This document shows, in pieces, positions 45,922-59,991 of a stretch of DNA of 64,000 bases. Origin of the DNA: Amphiscolops sp. MND2022 (Eukaryota). Every line of letters begins with the position of its first letter. The first letter of the stretch is position 1. Location: assembly GCA_964187785.1 (NCBI GenBank), contig OZ076409.1, positions 17,982,001-18,046,000 on the forward strand, in the 5' to 3' direction. Under the pieces are notes generated by a model that was not told the DNA's origin, made no database searches, and saw only the letters and a program-made list of their open reading frames with translations. A program made the translations under genes and the position numbers.

Positions 45922-47182
45922 CTGAAACAAAAACGTTCAAGTGAGCAATTTCAATTTCTCGAATCACGATTGAATGTTATGATTGACAGCCTATGAAGCA
46001 TAAGATAACCGGCTAAGTTATTTTTCATCCAAATGAAGGCCTCAATGAAGGCAGCACATTAGCTGAAAAAGTCGAAGATTTTAACAACTTGATTTAACAG
46101 ACTTACTTGATTAATGTTGGGTCTGTCATGTTAATTAGCTATTGCAATTCTGAATACAGTGCCATACCATTTTTCCAGAAAAAAAATTCATCAAGTTTTG
46201 TGGTTTTTTTTCAGTTATGTCAAGTTCCTCAAAAAGCAATTCAGGCCAACTTTCCTTTCAGTTCGGTGCAACATCGCGTTTAACCAGCTCTATTATAACG
46301 CAAATATTTAAAAAGTCTCAGCAAAGTAAGTTAATATTCTTCTACTAATGATGAAATTATATGTCGATGTCTAACAAATGGAACTCAAAACTCGAATTGA
46401 ATCGATCTAAGATTTCAGAAAAAAGTGTATACCCATACTATTTCATTGCAAATGTGATTGGAACGATGTCAGGGTGTTACGGCCGATTAAAATACACCCA
46501 ATGATATAATGGCCTATTGTTTTGGGGAGAATAATAAACGTCCAGACAGTTGTCAAACTAAACACCGTCAAAAGAAAGCAATCAAGATGTTCCACGGCGA
46601 CATTTTTCTGTTGCTCCAAACGCAGGAGCGAAGCGAAGAGGAATTACGTGCCATTACCGGTACAGGGGCTGGTTATGACGAACAACTACTTGGAGAGAAT
46701 ACGAAGCGCCCCGGAAGGAGACCGGCCAAGTTATACAACAATCTCTCCTAATATTGGGGTCAAGTCCTCTTTGGACGAAAGTGTCTTGGGCACAAGGTCC
46801 CTTGATGTAAAGCCCTAAAGCGCAGTGTCCTAGAACCGGTCAAAAGATGCAAGCAATGGCCTAAAAAAGTACGCAATTTTTGTTGAAAATTCACAAAGTG
46901 ATCAAATTCTGAGTTGAAATTTCGAAAGATTCGAGTGACAGACCCATCATAACTAGATTGTGTCTGTAACTAGAAATAATGTCTGTAATTTATGCCCTCT
47001 GATAAATTGAATTATTACTTTTATTATGTTACGGGCATGCTCAGTTATCAGACAGTTAATTGATTAGCGAAATGATCCTTCTGTGCCAAAGTTACGTAGG
47101 ACAGTTCTAGCAGGCAAGTTCCAGTGTTCTGATTTAACTAAAAGGTGCCCAGACCTCATGCATTCCTATAGAACTTATCACC

Positions 47183-48691
47183 TGTAAGAACCAAGTCCCG
47201 TGATATCTCTTAAATCACCTACGGATCGTGAATCTTTCTTTGTAATTTTCGTTTTAGGCCCAGATGTACTTTCCCTGTTTTCCTGACTATTAGGAGACAA
47301 ACTGGCCCCAGTGTCCCTGTGTCCCGTAGAGGACATTGAATTAGCAATGTTCTGAATCTCTGGTATGACTCTTTCAGCTATCGCGGTTGTAATGGCCCTA
47401 TTTATTTGAGTGTGCATTATTGACATCATTGAGCCTATCTCCTGGGACAATCTCAGGATAAATTCATTTGAGAAAGCTTCAAAGGACTGTCTAACTTCAT
47501 TTTGTCTCAACAAATCATTTTCATGTGGATAATTCCTGAGCTCACTCTCATGGTACATGTTTGTACCAGCGTCCCCGTGGGCCGAGGATTGATCTATTGC
47601 GTCAGCTAACTCTCTTTCTATGGGGTTATTTTTGCTATTCCCCAACATTACGTCTACGTTTTCAAAGTCAGACATCATGTCCATTTCTCTAGATTTTCTG
47701 GCTTTTGCCTTTTGTCTTCTAGTGGAAGGCATAAGAGATTGTTGCAAGAGGTAAGAATTTAACTTAACTTCTCAGGCTTGCAAAATAGAGTAGTATTACT
47801 AGAAAGTAAGTAACATTGACGTGTAGTTTAACAATTGTGTCCCCGGGACTAAATGTCCCGGCTAAATATATTAGAAACTACATGACATTCAAAATATGGG
47901 TTGTCACCTTCTAAAAATAGCCTTAAGGGCTTTCTAAAAATAGCAACAGTTCTAAAAATAGCAACGGTTAACTAGTGACATCATCATGATGCAAGTGACT
48001 TCAAAAGATTTTTCCCGACAGGCAACGTGTTGGCGGGAAGACCGTGTGTCTACTAGACATATTAACAGCGTAGATATACTAAAGCAAAAATACATGTGTT
48101 CCAACATTTTACATGAGATTTATCAATAGCACCCCACATTTCATTAATATGTTTTCTTATGACACTAAGTGTCCATTTTTTGAGAAATTAAAGGCCTTTC
48201 CAAGTTGTAAATAAGTGTACTTGTTATTTAGCACCTTTAATTCAAAAGTGGACTCAGCGTCCAATCGACATGGCAGTCTTCATTTTATTTTTTGGCAAGC
48301 GGCATATGGCCGCCTAACCCAAAGATCAAAGCGCCGCATAAAGTATTGAATAATACCACTGGTTATTCAAATACTGCACTCTGATTGGTTGAAGCTCATT
48401 CGGACTTGCTATCCAAGGCGATAGGCGAGGAAACATTTGAACACGTTTCCTCTACCTGTACGCCTTGGTGTCCAATTTACTAGCAACGTACACTTAGCGC
48501 CGGTATTACATAAAACCAAATCATAACTTTAAATGATATTTTACATTCATAATAAGCAAATTATATGACTTCTAAGATAAATACAGTTTAAGTGTGAAAG
48601 TTTCAATTTAAAGGGATTGTGCTGGGTAGGGCTTTTTGATAGTTATGGCAAATGGAATACATATTGCCATCACAGGCGGACGCCTGGGACA
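47183..48691 (-). repeat. 3' LTR of element D (1509 bp), with an intact copy of the gag 5' end (ATG at 47732)
   Basis: Direct repeat of 61121-62650. Confidence 0.95.
47911..47961. promoter_or_regulatory. Three CTAAAAATAG (MEF2 consensus) motifs in the D LTR
   Basis: At 47911, 47934 and 47952; retained in the 5' LTR at ~61868-61918. Confidence 0.6.
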
Positions 48692-49423
48692 CTCCTCCTG
48701 GAATTAGCTTGAAGTAACCCACTTTCATCCCTTCTAGGAACGCTAATCTTCTGGCATTAAATTGCTCTGGAGACTCCCCCTGCACGGCCGTCTTGAGTAA
48801 ATAGTCGATTACCGCTTCATCTTGAATCTGTTCAACCGATTTCCCGCAAATGAGGCAGTCTGTGCAGCCCGAGATGTAGGGATTGTCGCTGTTCGGGCCT
48901 TTAAAGTGGATTCCACTCGTGCATTGTTGCTTATTGCTAGTAGAAGTTTCACCGCTCGCCCTCCAGTCGCCAGTTGGGTATTTGTCTACTGCGGTGGGCG
49001 ACATTGGCGTGTCCACCATCGGGATCAATTAGCTTCAAATGTTGATCGGGTGATCATTTCTAAGTCTCGGGTCTCTTGCAACTGGCCCTCTCCCCATTCC
49101 TAGATCGAAATATCCAGCGTCGAACATAGGTCCGGGTATGTATGAGAGCCCGGGGTCCTTGCACAATTTTCCCCTTGTTGATTTGAGCAAGAGAGCACCG
49201 GGATGGTGTCTGAAGCCGTAGGAAGTTCCATTTGCTTTTCTATGCATTCTGCAAGTGGGGCCACCTCATCATCGTCGGACAGAGAGTCCAGATCGTCTAC
49301 TGAAGCGCTGCTCGCACACTCCATTTCGTCGTCGCTGGATATGTAGATTATCCCGTCTCCTGAATGTTCTGGGTAGTATTCAGGAGACTCCGAGTCAAAA
49401 TGGCTTGATAGGAACTTGTCCAA
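48603..49423 (-). pseudogene. Element D sense-strand 3' ORF, frameshifted; crosses the PPT and ends in the 3' LTR
   Basis: Acidic fragment 49100-49423 and fragment 48603-49028 with CTDCLICG. Confidence 0.55.
48692..48701 (-). other. Short polypurine tract of element D
   Basis: CCAGGAGGAG immediately before the 3' LTR. Confidence 0.6.
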
Positions 49424-50730
49424 TATTATTTTCTTTGCAATTTTTGAAGAATTGATTAGGATTCAATTTTGAGTTTTGATTCTAGTAAGCAACTGGTTGT
49501 CGAGGATGATTGTGAAACAATGGCGATCTTCTTCTCCGTCGACTTGCGGGAGTTTTCGTTTCAGTTTCCCGGGATTTTGCTTTTCCCCCGAATGCTAAAT
49601 TTTCAGTAACAAATTCCATCTTGGTAAAGTCTTCCAACTAGCCGCTCCGTTTTCTTTGATAACGCCAATTACGGCCTTGTTGGCTTACATCAACTTTGTG
49701 AACACTTCCATATTAAGAGTGTCTCTTCGAGTGTTTATTAACACTCATCAAGCACTTGAGGGTCTCAAGAGGGTGAAGCTATGGCAGTCAGCCACGCCGT
49801 CCATCACCAATCTTATCAGCCCATAGAAGTGCAGCAAAATCTCTTCCAAGTAAAATGCCTCCTCAAGGTCGCAAGTCCATATAAAGACTAATGTGAAATG
49901 ACCTTGAAAATAAGTAAAATCCCGACAAAAGCATGAAATAATTTGTAAAATGATAAAGTTTCAAAATAAATGATAAAATGTAGATTGCGCTGGCAGACTC
50001 TATCCACATAATGCCATAAATTGTAAATAATAGCAAATTTGACACCAAATTGTATAGCCACGAACTCCAATTTTGACACTTTGTCACATTGCTGATTCAC
50101 CTTTCAATTCCTTTACATTTGAATTCTCTCCAATTTCCTTCTTGTAGTATCGTCCAGTATTTAATCAATTTTAGTCTTTAAGTCTTTGAGTCGTATTTAT
50201 TTGTATTTACTTGAAGTTTTCAGTTACAATTTCTCTCTGATACGTCCTCTGTATCTCCTTTACTTCTGTGGATTTCTTGGGTCAACCTAGGACAATCTAC
50301 ACTGAGTCCCAATTGGCAGCCCCACCCAGACCTATCATTTTCTTCCTCCTTCAAAGGAGATATTGCTCTCCCCGCTCAGCAGCTGCTGCAGAATTGTCAT
50401 TTTAACTCCATTGAACATTACCCTTGGCTGATTTGCTCAATCTCAAACTCTAAGACTTCCAATCTATCAACTGTCAACAATTTGAACGCAGAACATTCTC
50501 CTTTCAGATTAATCCATACAGGTCAGTAGCGTTTCAGGGTTTCTTTTTTATGTTTGGTAACGAATTAATTTGAGGCTTGATCAGGGCTCTCATTTCATTC
50601 ACGTACTTCCTGTCCCATAACCCAAGAATTCACTTGAGTTCAAAATATCTACTTCCGGAAGATTTTTAACGCGGTAATGGACTCTTTTTCAGGAAGCTAT
50701 CCGCTTGAATTTATCTCTTTTTATTTAGAC

Positions 50731-53700
50731 ATGTCGTCCGAAGAGCACAATGAAATTGTTCCCGCTACTGCTACTGGGACTCTGATAGAAGAAGAAGTTC
50801 CACAACGGCACGAAGAAACAGCAGTCAGTCAAACTACTGCAACAGTAAAGGACGCTGAGTCTAATCAACCTGAACCGCCGAAGGACTGCCCAACTAAGAC
50901 TGGCCCGACCCCCAGCCCATCTACTGATGAAAGTATCTCTGCATTCATCGAACGTCAGTTGCAGACCTTAGGATGCCAGGGCACTGGACTCGACATCTCT
51001 TTCTTGCCTCCTACTCCATCTGCCATAGTAGACCACACACCTCAGCCAGCAGTTGAGAAAGCTTCTGAGTCGGAGCCGATTCCCCAGGTCGCAACTGGGT
51101 CAGCGGACAACGAGTCACTTGAAGTTGAAACTGAGCGAATGATCGACATCAACAGCGAAGCGGGCTTTTCCGGCACCAAAGCAGATTACTTTCAGACAGA
51201 CACCAGCGACGTTGAGGAGCTGCTTGACAGTTCCAGAGCTGAGACTGCCAACTAGTCTCCTTTCCTGATTGCGATGGATACTCACAGCGCCACCGGGTCA
51301 GAGGCCCGCAAGGAGATTGAGCAATTGTCCTCAACAGGGTTGCCTGACGTTTCCTCTCCAGAGCTCTTCGCCCCACGCGACCTCTATCTGCCTCTGCTCG
51401 CACTCTCATCAACCAACACTTCAGCGAGACTAACCCAAGCATCCTCCCAGTGGGTCATGCAACTGTAGCCTTTAATCAAGGACAGGTGCATTCCATCTTG
51501 CGCGCCGTCTCCACTGAGATCATTACTTCTTCTCTTCATCAAATGAAGAATATACTGGAGGAAGCGATCCGGGTGGGAGTCCGTTCCCAAGCCACCCAGC
51601 AAGGACCCAGCAAGCAGCGGATTAAATGCTTCCGCAAACAGTCCGACAGCCCTGGACAGGATGGGCATGATAGCGACGTTGGAACAGAGGGGTACACCAG
51701 CAAGGCCCTAAAATCAGAGGATGAGTTCGTCGAGGGACTGGTAATGAGATCAGCATCGTTCCTCCCCCAAATCCACCTGGCCAAGTTTCGTCTTCTACGC
51801 CCGGACAATCATCTACCCACCAAGTCCCCAGTCAAGGGTTCTGCTCTACTGATTATGAGCCATTGGCTACTCTGACAGCCGACCAAGCTTCCGCCTCTAG
51901 TCCTCCTTGCAAACGTCGACGACTTCCTGGACGTACCGGCAAAGTAATGAAGGAAGCCTATTTCAAAGGAATTCAATGGACTTGCACGTTTGTTACTGGC
52001 CCGCTAGATCCTGAGCACAACAAACATAAGTTCTATTGCCAGATCTGAAGACGAATGTTTCGATCGTTTCAAAAGGCGCCCGAGAGATTGTCCGCCATTT
52101 CCAGTGTGAATCTCACTTCCGTAAGGACCAGCGCTGGAGATTCGAACATTTGAAGAAGAAGGACAAGGTGACTGGCCGAGTAGTCCATGAAGTTAGGGGG
52201 AAGAAAAGCCAGCTACTGACTCCTTTGGAACTCGAGAGGGAGAAACCTTTCTTCATGCAGGCTCCCTTAGTTGAAACTGGTAGCAGTTACCCGTTTTATG
52301 AAGACCACATTGCAGGCTTGGGATCTATTGCTGGACAGGAGGAAATCAGGCTGTGTGTTCAAATTTCCATGGTTGCCCTCTTCGCTCCTCGTTGCGGGGA
52401 TTTGCATGTCCTTGAGTCGCTATGGACGCACATTGGCACTGCGACGAATCATCAGAGTCTGTTCTCTGCCTACGATTGGGGTTCTTCCAAATTGACAGTA
52501 AGCATTTTCATTTTCTAGCCTCAAAGTCCCTTCGGACTAGCATAGCCTAGAGATATTTTCATCCTTGCTGATTTGTTTTTGACAATCTTTCATCACATCT
52601 TCCTCTGTGTTATCGCAGACATTGCGTACCACGTCAGTGTCACAGGCCAATACTCTTTGGAGTTCGAGATGCACCTACAGCTTTGTGTCGATTCGTCTCT
52701 GGAAGGGCGAATCCCTCAGTGTCGTACGTTTGCTGCGCTACCGCACTGCTTCGGAGCCCGCCGTAGGTTTTCTACTGGCACTGTCCCGTCTCTTGTCCGT
52801 GTTGTCAACACAGCCTTAAATTATGAGTTTGTCAGGATGTCCCGCAGAACTGATCCCTCTTCTTGAGCGTTCTTGCCTCTTCCAGAAGGGATTGAGTACC
52901 CCTACCGATTTGACGCTCTATCTCTGCCGGACATGATGCACGAACGCTGAGGAAGCGTGTTTGGAACCATCAGCTTCTCACAGTTGAAGTTCTTGGTTGC
53001 CTTCTTAGACGGTTGCTGAGGACAACCATGGGCTGCCTTAATGCCAGAATTCGTCAAGGTAAGGTCAATGTCTCTTCGACCACAGGTCCAGTTTTAGATT
53101 GATTCCAATATTCATATTGTCTGGAGGCCGTTTCTACTCATCATCTGGAGATCGCTGCTGTGCCTACCATATGTTCGGAGCTGATCGCGAACTGGAAGTC
53201 CGTGCACCAACATTTGACGAAGATTGCGCCACCACAAGTGAATCAGGGAGTCAAATGCAAGACCCAAAGCCTTAAGTGGGAAATCATTGCTGACGATTTC
53301 TTCACAATTAAGCTGGAATTCTTCGCACGGATTGTTCGTGATTGTTAGTATAGTCATCTTTTCATTCTGCCCTCGGGCCACATGGCATTGGTTTTATTTG
53401 TCACCAAGCAAAGTTCATTCCAGATATTTTAGATTGTCATATCAGGCCCAAGGATGTTACATGGACCATGTGGGACAATAATATATTTTGTTTTCCAGAC
53501 ACCAAGAGCTTCGAGAGCCAATTTGCACAGCGAAAAGATAGTGGCTTCTACACTTTCCGCGAATTCCATACCTTCATCCGAAAGCTGGCTGCACGGGCTC
53601 TCCTTCCCGGACATGTGCCTGAGATACTAGACTGGAAGTCGTTAGATGACCTGCAGGGACAGATTTGGCGGCAACTGTCAAATAGCGACTTCTTGAGCCG

Positions 53701-54643
53701 ACTGAAGCTGAAGGAGAATTTGGAAGCTGCTTGTCTTGCTCGCGTCAAGAAAATCTACAGCAAGAAACAATTGACTCCTGAAGAAACAGACGCTGCAGTT
53801 GAAGCCACTCCGGACGAATTCGCCACCAAGGCCCGAAGTTACCTCGTTCACCTGTTGAAAGCGTTTCTTGCGGATCTTAGCCTCAATGCTGGTATCTTCA
53901 GAGGCTTGGGCAGTTTCGATCCAGTAGCCCTCTTGAGTCTGCCTCTCGAACAAGCCACGTATTGCTTCTCTGCTCTATATGGGTCCTTCAGTTTACGAGG
54001 ATGGCTGGAGAATTCCCCCGAGACCGATGCCCGAGACGAATACGTTGATTTTGTAGAGTATTTCCGCAGTGTAAACTCTGGAGCCAAGGACACCCCGGAG
54101 GTCTTCACCGACATGGTAGCCTTCCTGACGAGCATGCCCGAATTGAAGTTGCGCAAACATTTGTTCTACACCTTCCAGTTGAGTTGTCTGTGTCTAACTT
54201 CTAAACAGCCAGAGCTCCCAGCTGTCAAATACCCTGGAGTTGACTGTAATGATCCCAGAAGTCGGCTTTTCGACGTCATCATGCCTGCGCAATCTTATCT
54301 TGCTAATGTGGCGAAATCAATGGCCACATGTACTGCAGAAGCTTCCCTGAGTACCTTTAAAGACTTGGAATTCCGTTTCAGTAGCGGCAACGTCCCAGGA
54401 GATCCTTGTTCTCATGTAGATAGTTTCGGCAACGCCAATTTGCATAAAACTCTGGTCGCAGTCTACAAAGCTTTGGGCAAGAGTTTCCGACTTGACACCG
54501 AGTGCGCTTCAAGTTCCTCATCTAAAGAAGGGGGAAAACAACGTAAGCAGTCACCCAATAAAGGCAAAAAGGTTGGCTTCCGGATCGCTAGTGTGACTAG
54601 AAAGGCTTCTGACGGAAATACCCCCGGATCTTCTAAATCCTAA
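50731..54643 (+). pseudogene. Antisense spliced BED-finger/hAT-like gene of element D, disrupted
   Basis: FYCQI*KTNVSIVSKGAREIVRHFQCESHFRKDQRWRFEH matches B FNCAICRKDVSFLSRGELEIWRHFGRKTHFAKDRRYRLDH; C-terminal ORF 53468-54643 also aligns; donor-like GTAAG at ~52498 and ~53059. Confidence 0.8.
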
Positions 54644-54878
54644 ATGTACAAAGAGTACATTGGTTTCTAGACTGTATATTGTTGTAAACTGTTTTGTATT
54701 TATTTCTTCCATTTGCTGGTTCGTTTGAGTGTGGCTTTGTTTTTTAGGCCACCAAGTCTTCTTTCTTGTATATAATTATTTCAAGTAGAAAAAATAAGTC
54801 AGAAAAGTCCCAAGTAAAAAATAAATGTCCTCGTGGACTGATAGTAGAGGAAAAGGGACTGGTAATTCAAATTTCTGG

Positions 54879-57800
54879 CTAGTATCTGTATTCATCAGTA
54901 AAGTCGGGGATTGGGTTAGGTCGAATGTTTTATTTCCGTTCTCTAGGACTAGAATTTTCTTCTGAATTTCCAGTTTCTGATATTCCGGGCACGGTAATAT
55001 CTGCGCTTCTGTTTGAAACATTTTCCGTATCTTTTAAATCATTAGTGACGTCATTTTTATTCTCGGTTTCATTTGGCGTTTCGCTCAGTGGGGACGATTC
55101 GTCACTGCTATTCTTCTTTCTCGGCCATATTTCATTCTCGGTGACGTCATCCTCGTTAATTCGCTCGGTGCAGCTTTCATTCTCACTTGCGCTGCTGCGT
55201 TCATTCTCGATGACGTAATGGTCCACACTTCCGTCCTCAGTGTCGGTCGGCCGGCGCGTGGCCACGTCGGTCCAATCTTCCTTTCTCGGTTCAAATAAGT
55301 CGTATTCAAAATCCACTTCCCATGAAATAGAATACAAGTCGTCTTGTGGTATTACTATCTCATTTTCGGGCTGTAATTTTTCGCCGTCATATTTGTCCTC
55401 TAAAGGGGCATTTGGTACGAATTTCTTAAGTCTAATACAATGGAGTATTTGCGTTTTATTAGTATTCAATCGGCGCACAATACAATTGTCATTGGACAGT
55501 ACTGTCTGAACGACAAAGGGGCCAATCCACCTGTAATCCCTGAATGGGATTTTTGATGCTTGACTGTCTGCTTTAGGTTGTAGGACAAAGCAATAATCCT
55601 TTTCTTTAAGCAGAGCCGCTTTGGCCTTTCGGTCGTAAAAGTCCTTGTACTTTAAATAGGACTGCATTAAGTTCTTTTTGGTCTGATCAATGAGGATTTG
55701 TGTCCTATGTTGCACTTCCTCCACAAATTCCGTAGTTGGCAAGAAATTTTTATTGGGATTGTTTCCCAATTTGTGATCTAGGACGTTAGAAGGAATTCGA
55801 CCATGAAAAACTTCACTCAGTTCACATCCAATGCTGGAGTTGTATGTAGTATTATAGTTGAGTACTGCTAATGGCAGGTACTTATGTCATTGGCGTCGAT
55901 ACTCCCCTGAGGCCATTTTCAAATTAGTTTTGAGTGAAGCGTGCGTCTTTTCCAGCTTGCCAATTGTTTGCGGGTGTATTGTAGTAGCGCATTTGAGTGT
56001 TATACCCAAAATTTGAGTTATCTCAGCTATGATGGTCGATGTAAATGCGGACCCTTTGTCTGTGATGAGAGTTGTCGGCAAATATGAGTGTTTCGTCATT
56101 ATATCAATGATCACCTTGGCTACATTTGTGGCTGTCGCCTCAATTAGCTGGTAGGCAAATAAGTATCTTGAATGAAAAAACATCAGTAGCCGTCATCACT
56201 GTCTGGTATCCGCCACTGGTCGGTAGATTTGGTAGTAAGTCGATCTGCATGGCATCCTCAGGACCTAGGTCCCACTCGGGCAAAATTAACAATTCTGGAG
56301 TTATTGGCTTGTTGGGGACTCTTTTGTCTCTGGCACACGTCTTACAGCCTTCTACCCATTTTTTCACATGTTTTGCTATTCCAGGGTAGTAGTAATTTTG
56401 GCGAATTTCCTGTAGCATTTTGGATATGCCTGGATGTCGATGTGCCGTGCCATGTATTGCATGCAGTAATTCTTTCAACAAATGTTTAGGCAGTAAAATC
56501 TGGTGATATTTGATTTGTCCTGTTTCATCGTAATAGTGTCGAGTCACTATTTTGTCCTTGAGGACTATTCGGTCTAGATTATTCAAATATTGTTTATACC
56601 GAATATCCTGCTGGAGGATTTCTTCAGAGTATTCCTCATTCTGAATTTTCGCCTTCAAGTGAAGCAAAATCAAGTCTTTAGATTGTTCCAGTAGTATTTG
56701 ATTGGTTCTGCGTAGTTTCTGAGTGAAATTAGTGATTTCGTCTACTACTTTCTCAGATATGGCGTCAATTTGGATGACGGTCTCGTCGACCTTGAGTCCT
56801 GCTATTGACTGCCTTTTCCTTTCCCAAATCTGTTCTTCTGTTTCATTGTCTTCTTCCGTAAAGAACACTTGTTCTTCTTCAGACACCCCGTCTGATTGGA
56901 CATTAACTTCGATAGGTTGAGTTTCAACATCTGCTCGTATTTTTAGGACCAATTTTTCATTGGGGTCCACTTCCATGCGGGACAAGTAGTCCGCCGTTGT
57001 GTTATTCTTGCCTGGAATGTGCGCTATAGTGAAATTGAAGTGAATGACAAAATCACAAGCATTCCGTAGTGGCGGCGGTATTATCTTGGTCTGGAAAAAC
57101 CTTGTGACCGATTTCTTGTCCGTAAGGATGATCACTGGTTTGGGTGTTTCCCAGAATATGTGTCCAAATTCTTTGAAAGCATAATATATGGCTAAGAATT
57201 CTTTCGCATAAATTGACATTTTAAGCTGGGAAGGTGTGAAAGTTTTCGAGCCACATGCTATAGGTGCATAGGACTTCTTGACTGAAGTATATTTCTGATT
57301 TGGATCGTCTTCCGTGAGTATAGCATATCCTGCTGCTGTGAAGCTGGCATCTGTCATTAGGACTAGTTGTCGATTTGGCAGAGGTTGCCTCAGTGCTAGC
57401 TGGCTGCATCTATCCAGGTCTCTGTTGATTTCGTTGACTTGTTCAATCAGTTCTGATGCGACTAGGACCTTCTCGTCCTTTTTGAGTAGTTGAAAGAAAG
57501 GAACCAGTTTTTCTGACAGTCTCGGTATGTAATTCCTATAATAGTTAAGGAATCCGAGGTATCGTTGTAGGGCTTTTTTGGACTTTGGAAATTTCGTTTT
57601 TTTGGGAAGTTTGTGATTCGTTCTTTCTGAGACTTGACGCCCTCAGGGGTGATTGTTCTTCCTAGGAAGTCAATTTTGGTTGCTCCAAAGTGGCACTTTT
57701 GCATAGTCAGCTTCAATCGAGCTTCTCTGATGCATTCAAAGGTCGCTCTCAGGTTTTTGATGAGCTGTTCGGCGTCATTGGCCGCAATGCCGATATCGTC

Positions 57801-59991
57801 TACGTATTGAGCACATTGATAGGCTTTGATAACACGGTCCAAGTGTTCTCTCATAAAACTAGAGAAGGCCGATAAGGCTCTACTGAGTCCTTGTGCCAAT
57901 CTTCGATAAGCAAAAGTTCTACTGGCAAAGTTGAAGGCCAGCATCTCTATGGACCTTTGGTCTGCCATTTGAAGGCAGTGATACGCTTGCGAACAATCAA
58001 GTTTACAGAAAAGTTTTTTTCCGGCCATATGTTGCGCGGCGTCCGTTAAGATACTGACTGGATGATTATTGTTGATGTAATCATCGGAGATCAATTTGTT
58101 GACCTTCCTGAGGTCTACCAAGAGTCGCAATTTCCCATTAGGCTTCTTTTGGGCAAAAATGGGGCTGGCGTACTTTGAGAATGGTAATGTTGTTATAATA
58201 CCATACTTGTGGAGTGACGCTAGTTCAACCAGTATGTCCTCTTTTAAATTGACCGGGGTAGGTAAGCTCTGGCTAGAGGCAGGTGAGTCGCCCTTGGGGG
58301 TCAGCTTGGCCGTGAATTCCTCGTTTATGCCAATATCGAACCTGTGGCGAGCGAATAAATCATGAAATTCCATCAACAGAGCTTCGACTTGTTTAATTTC
58401 ATGCTGTTGTAGCATTGAGTCCTTCCAGTCAAAGTTACTGAGGAACGTTTGTCGAGATTCTTCATCTTTTTGTGGGTTGAGACTTTCTGCCTCTTGCAAG
58501 TTGCGCAGTTCTCTAAGGATTCTCTTTTGTATTGGAGTATGGGACGCTTCGTCACCTGGATTTTCGGGTGTTGGGAACCAATATTGTTCGTATTGGTCGT
58601 TGTTTCAGTTGGCTTTGAGAGGGTTGCTAATGTAATAGATAGGATCTTCCTCGTTTTTGTTGAGCAGGTGCCAGGTAGACACTGGGTCTTGTGGCCTGAC
58701 ATGCTTCATCTGCTCAGGTGTAATCACTGAAAAGTTTGCTATATGCATCCCTTTTTTGAGCTTGTGGGGCTGGTCAGTGAAGTTGTTGACGTGTATACTC
58801 GTTGTCCCTTCATCCAACGTAGTTATGGCAGCACAAAATTTTATATCATTTTCTTCATTTAGGAGTTCGCTGGGTTGTAAGATCCCAGTAACAGCAATTT
58901 CTGCGTAAATTTGGGATTGAATAGGGATAGTTGTACGATCATTGGGCGGTATCGTTACGTCCTCGGGGTTGAGGATAGGTTCCATCACATTCGAGTACTT
59001 GTGGTCAGCCGTTTTCAAGTGCATTGAGAAAAAAGGAAAATTGAGTATACCCTGGCGCATGTCTAGGACTGTGTGGTTTCTTTGTAAAAACATAAGTCCA
59101 ATTATGGGGCTGGATAGCTTTTCCATCACTATGAAGATTTCATGGAACTCTATGTCCCCTACTTCAAATTTGAGTTCTACTGTACTCTTCGGAGTTTCAA
59201 GGTCCCCGTTTGCGACCATAATTTGGAAAAATGGAGCAGGACCCTCTTTTCCTAATGATTGAGTTGCAAGTAACCGTATCTTCCTGAGCTTTGCTTCTGG
59301 TATCGCACTGGAGTGGGCCCCAGTGTCTATGAGACCATCTAATGGTAATTCTCCGAAATCAATTGGAAAATATAGCATCCGCCTTTTAAATTTAAGGCCA
59401 AGGTTGGTGGAAAGGGGAACGTATGACGGTTCTCCTTGTTTTTCCACTAAGATATGCAGGAAGGCTGTTCCTTCCAGATGGCTATTGAGGCCTTGATAGT
59501 CTTCTTGCTCTGGAGTTTCCTCTATTTCTTCCAAAATTGCTTCAGAATTTGGCTGCCAAAGTTCCCATGAGGGCCCTAGAGAGTTTAGTGTCCTCTATCT
59601 GGGGATCGTCCTCATCGTCCGTTGGTGGATAGTCATCGCGTTTAAATTGCAGGTTTTGTGTATCATATGGTTCGTCATCCCAGTACGGGTCTTTGCCGTA
59701 CTCGGGGTCAATGTATTGGGGGTGATAGTCTTCGACCAGTGGTAAAAGACGGAATTGAATTTCAAAGTCTTTAGTATAGTCAATTTCATAAAATAGGTCT
59801 GGGCGATCATTATGTACTATTTTATAAGTTCGGATATAGGCTCTTTCCATCTGTTGCTGCCAGACGACGGATGGGGTGCCATTGGTGTCTTTTATATGGT
59901 GTCGAAAGGTGATAATTGGAGGATCTGATATGACATATTGTCGGACCGACATATAGTCATGTATTTGGAGTCGTGGCAAAATTAGTTTTTT
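54879..59991 (-). pseudogene. pol: pol of element D, frameshifted
   Basis: LIDTGA, QYVDD, MTDASF, HPGI...C..C, TDKGS, WIGPF; high similarity to B pol. Confidence 0.95.
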
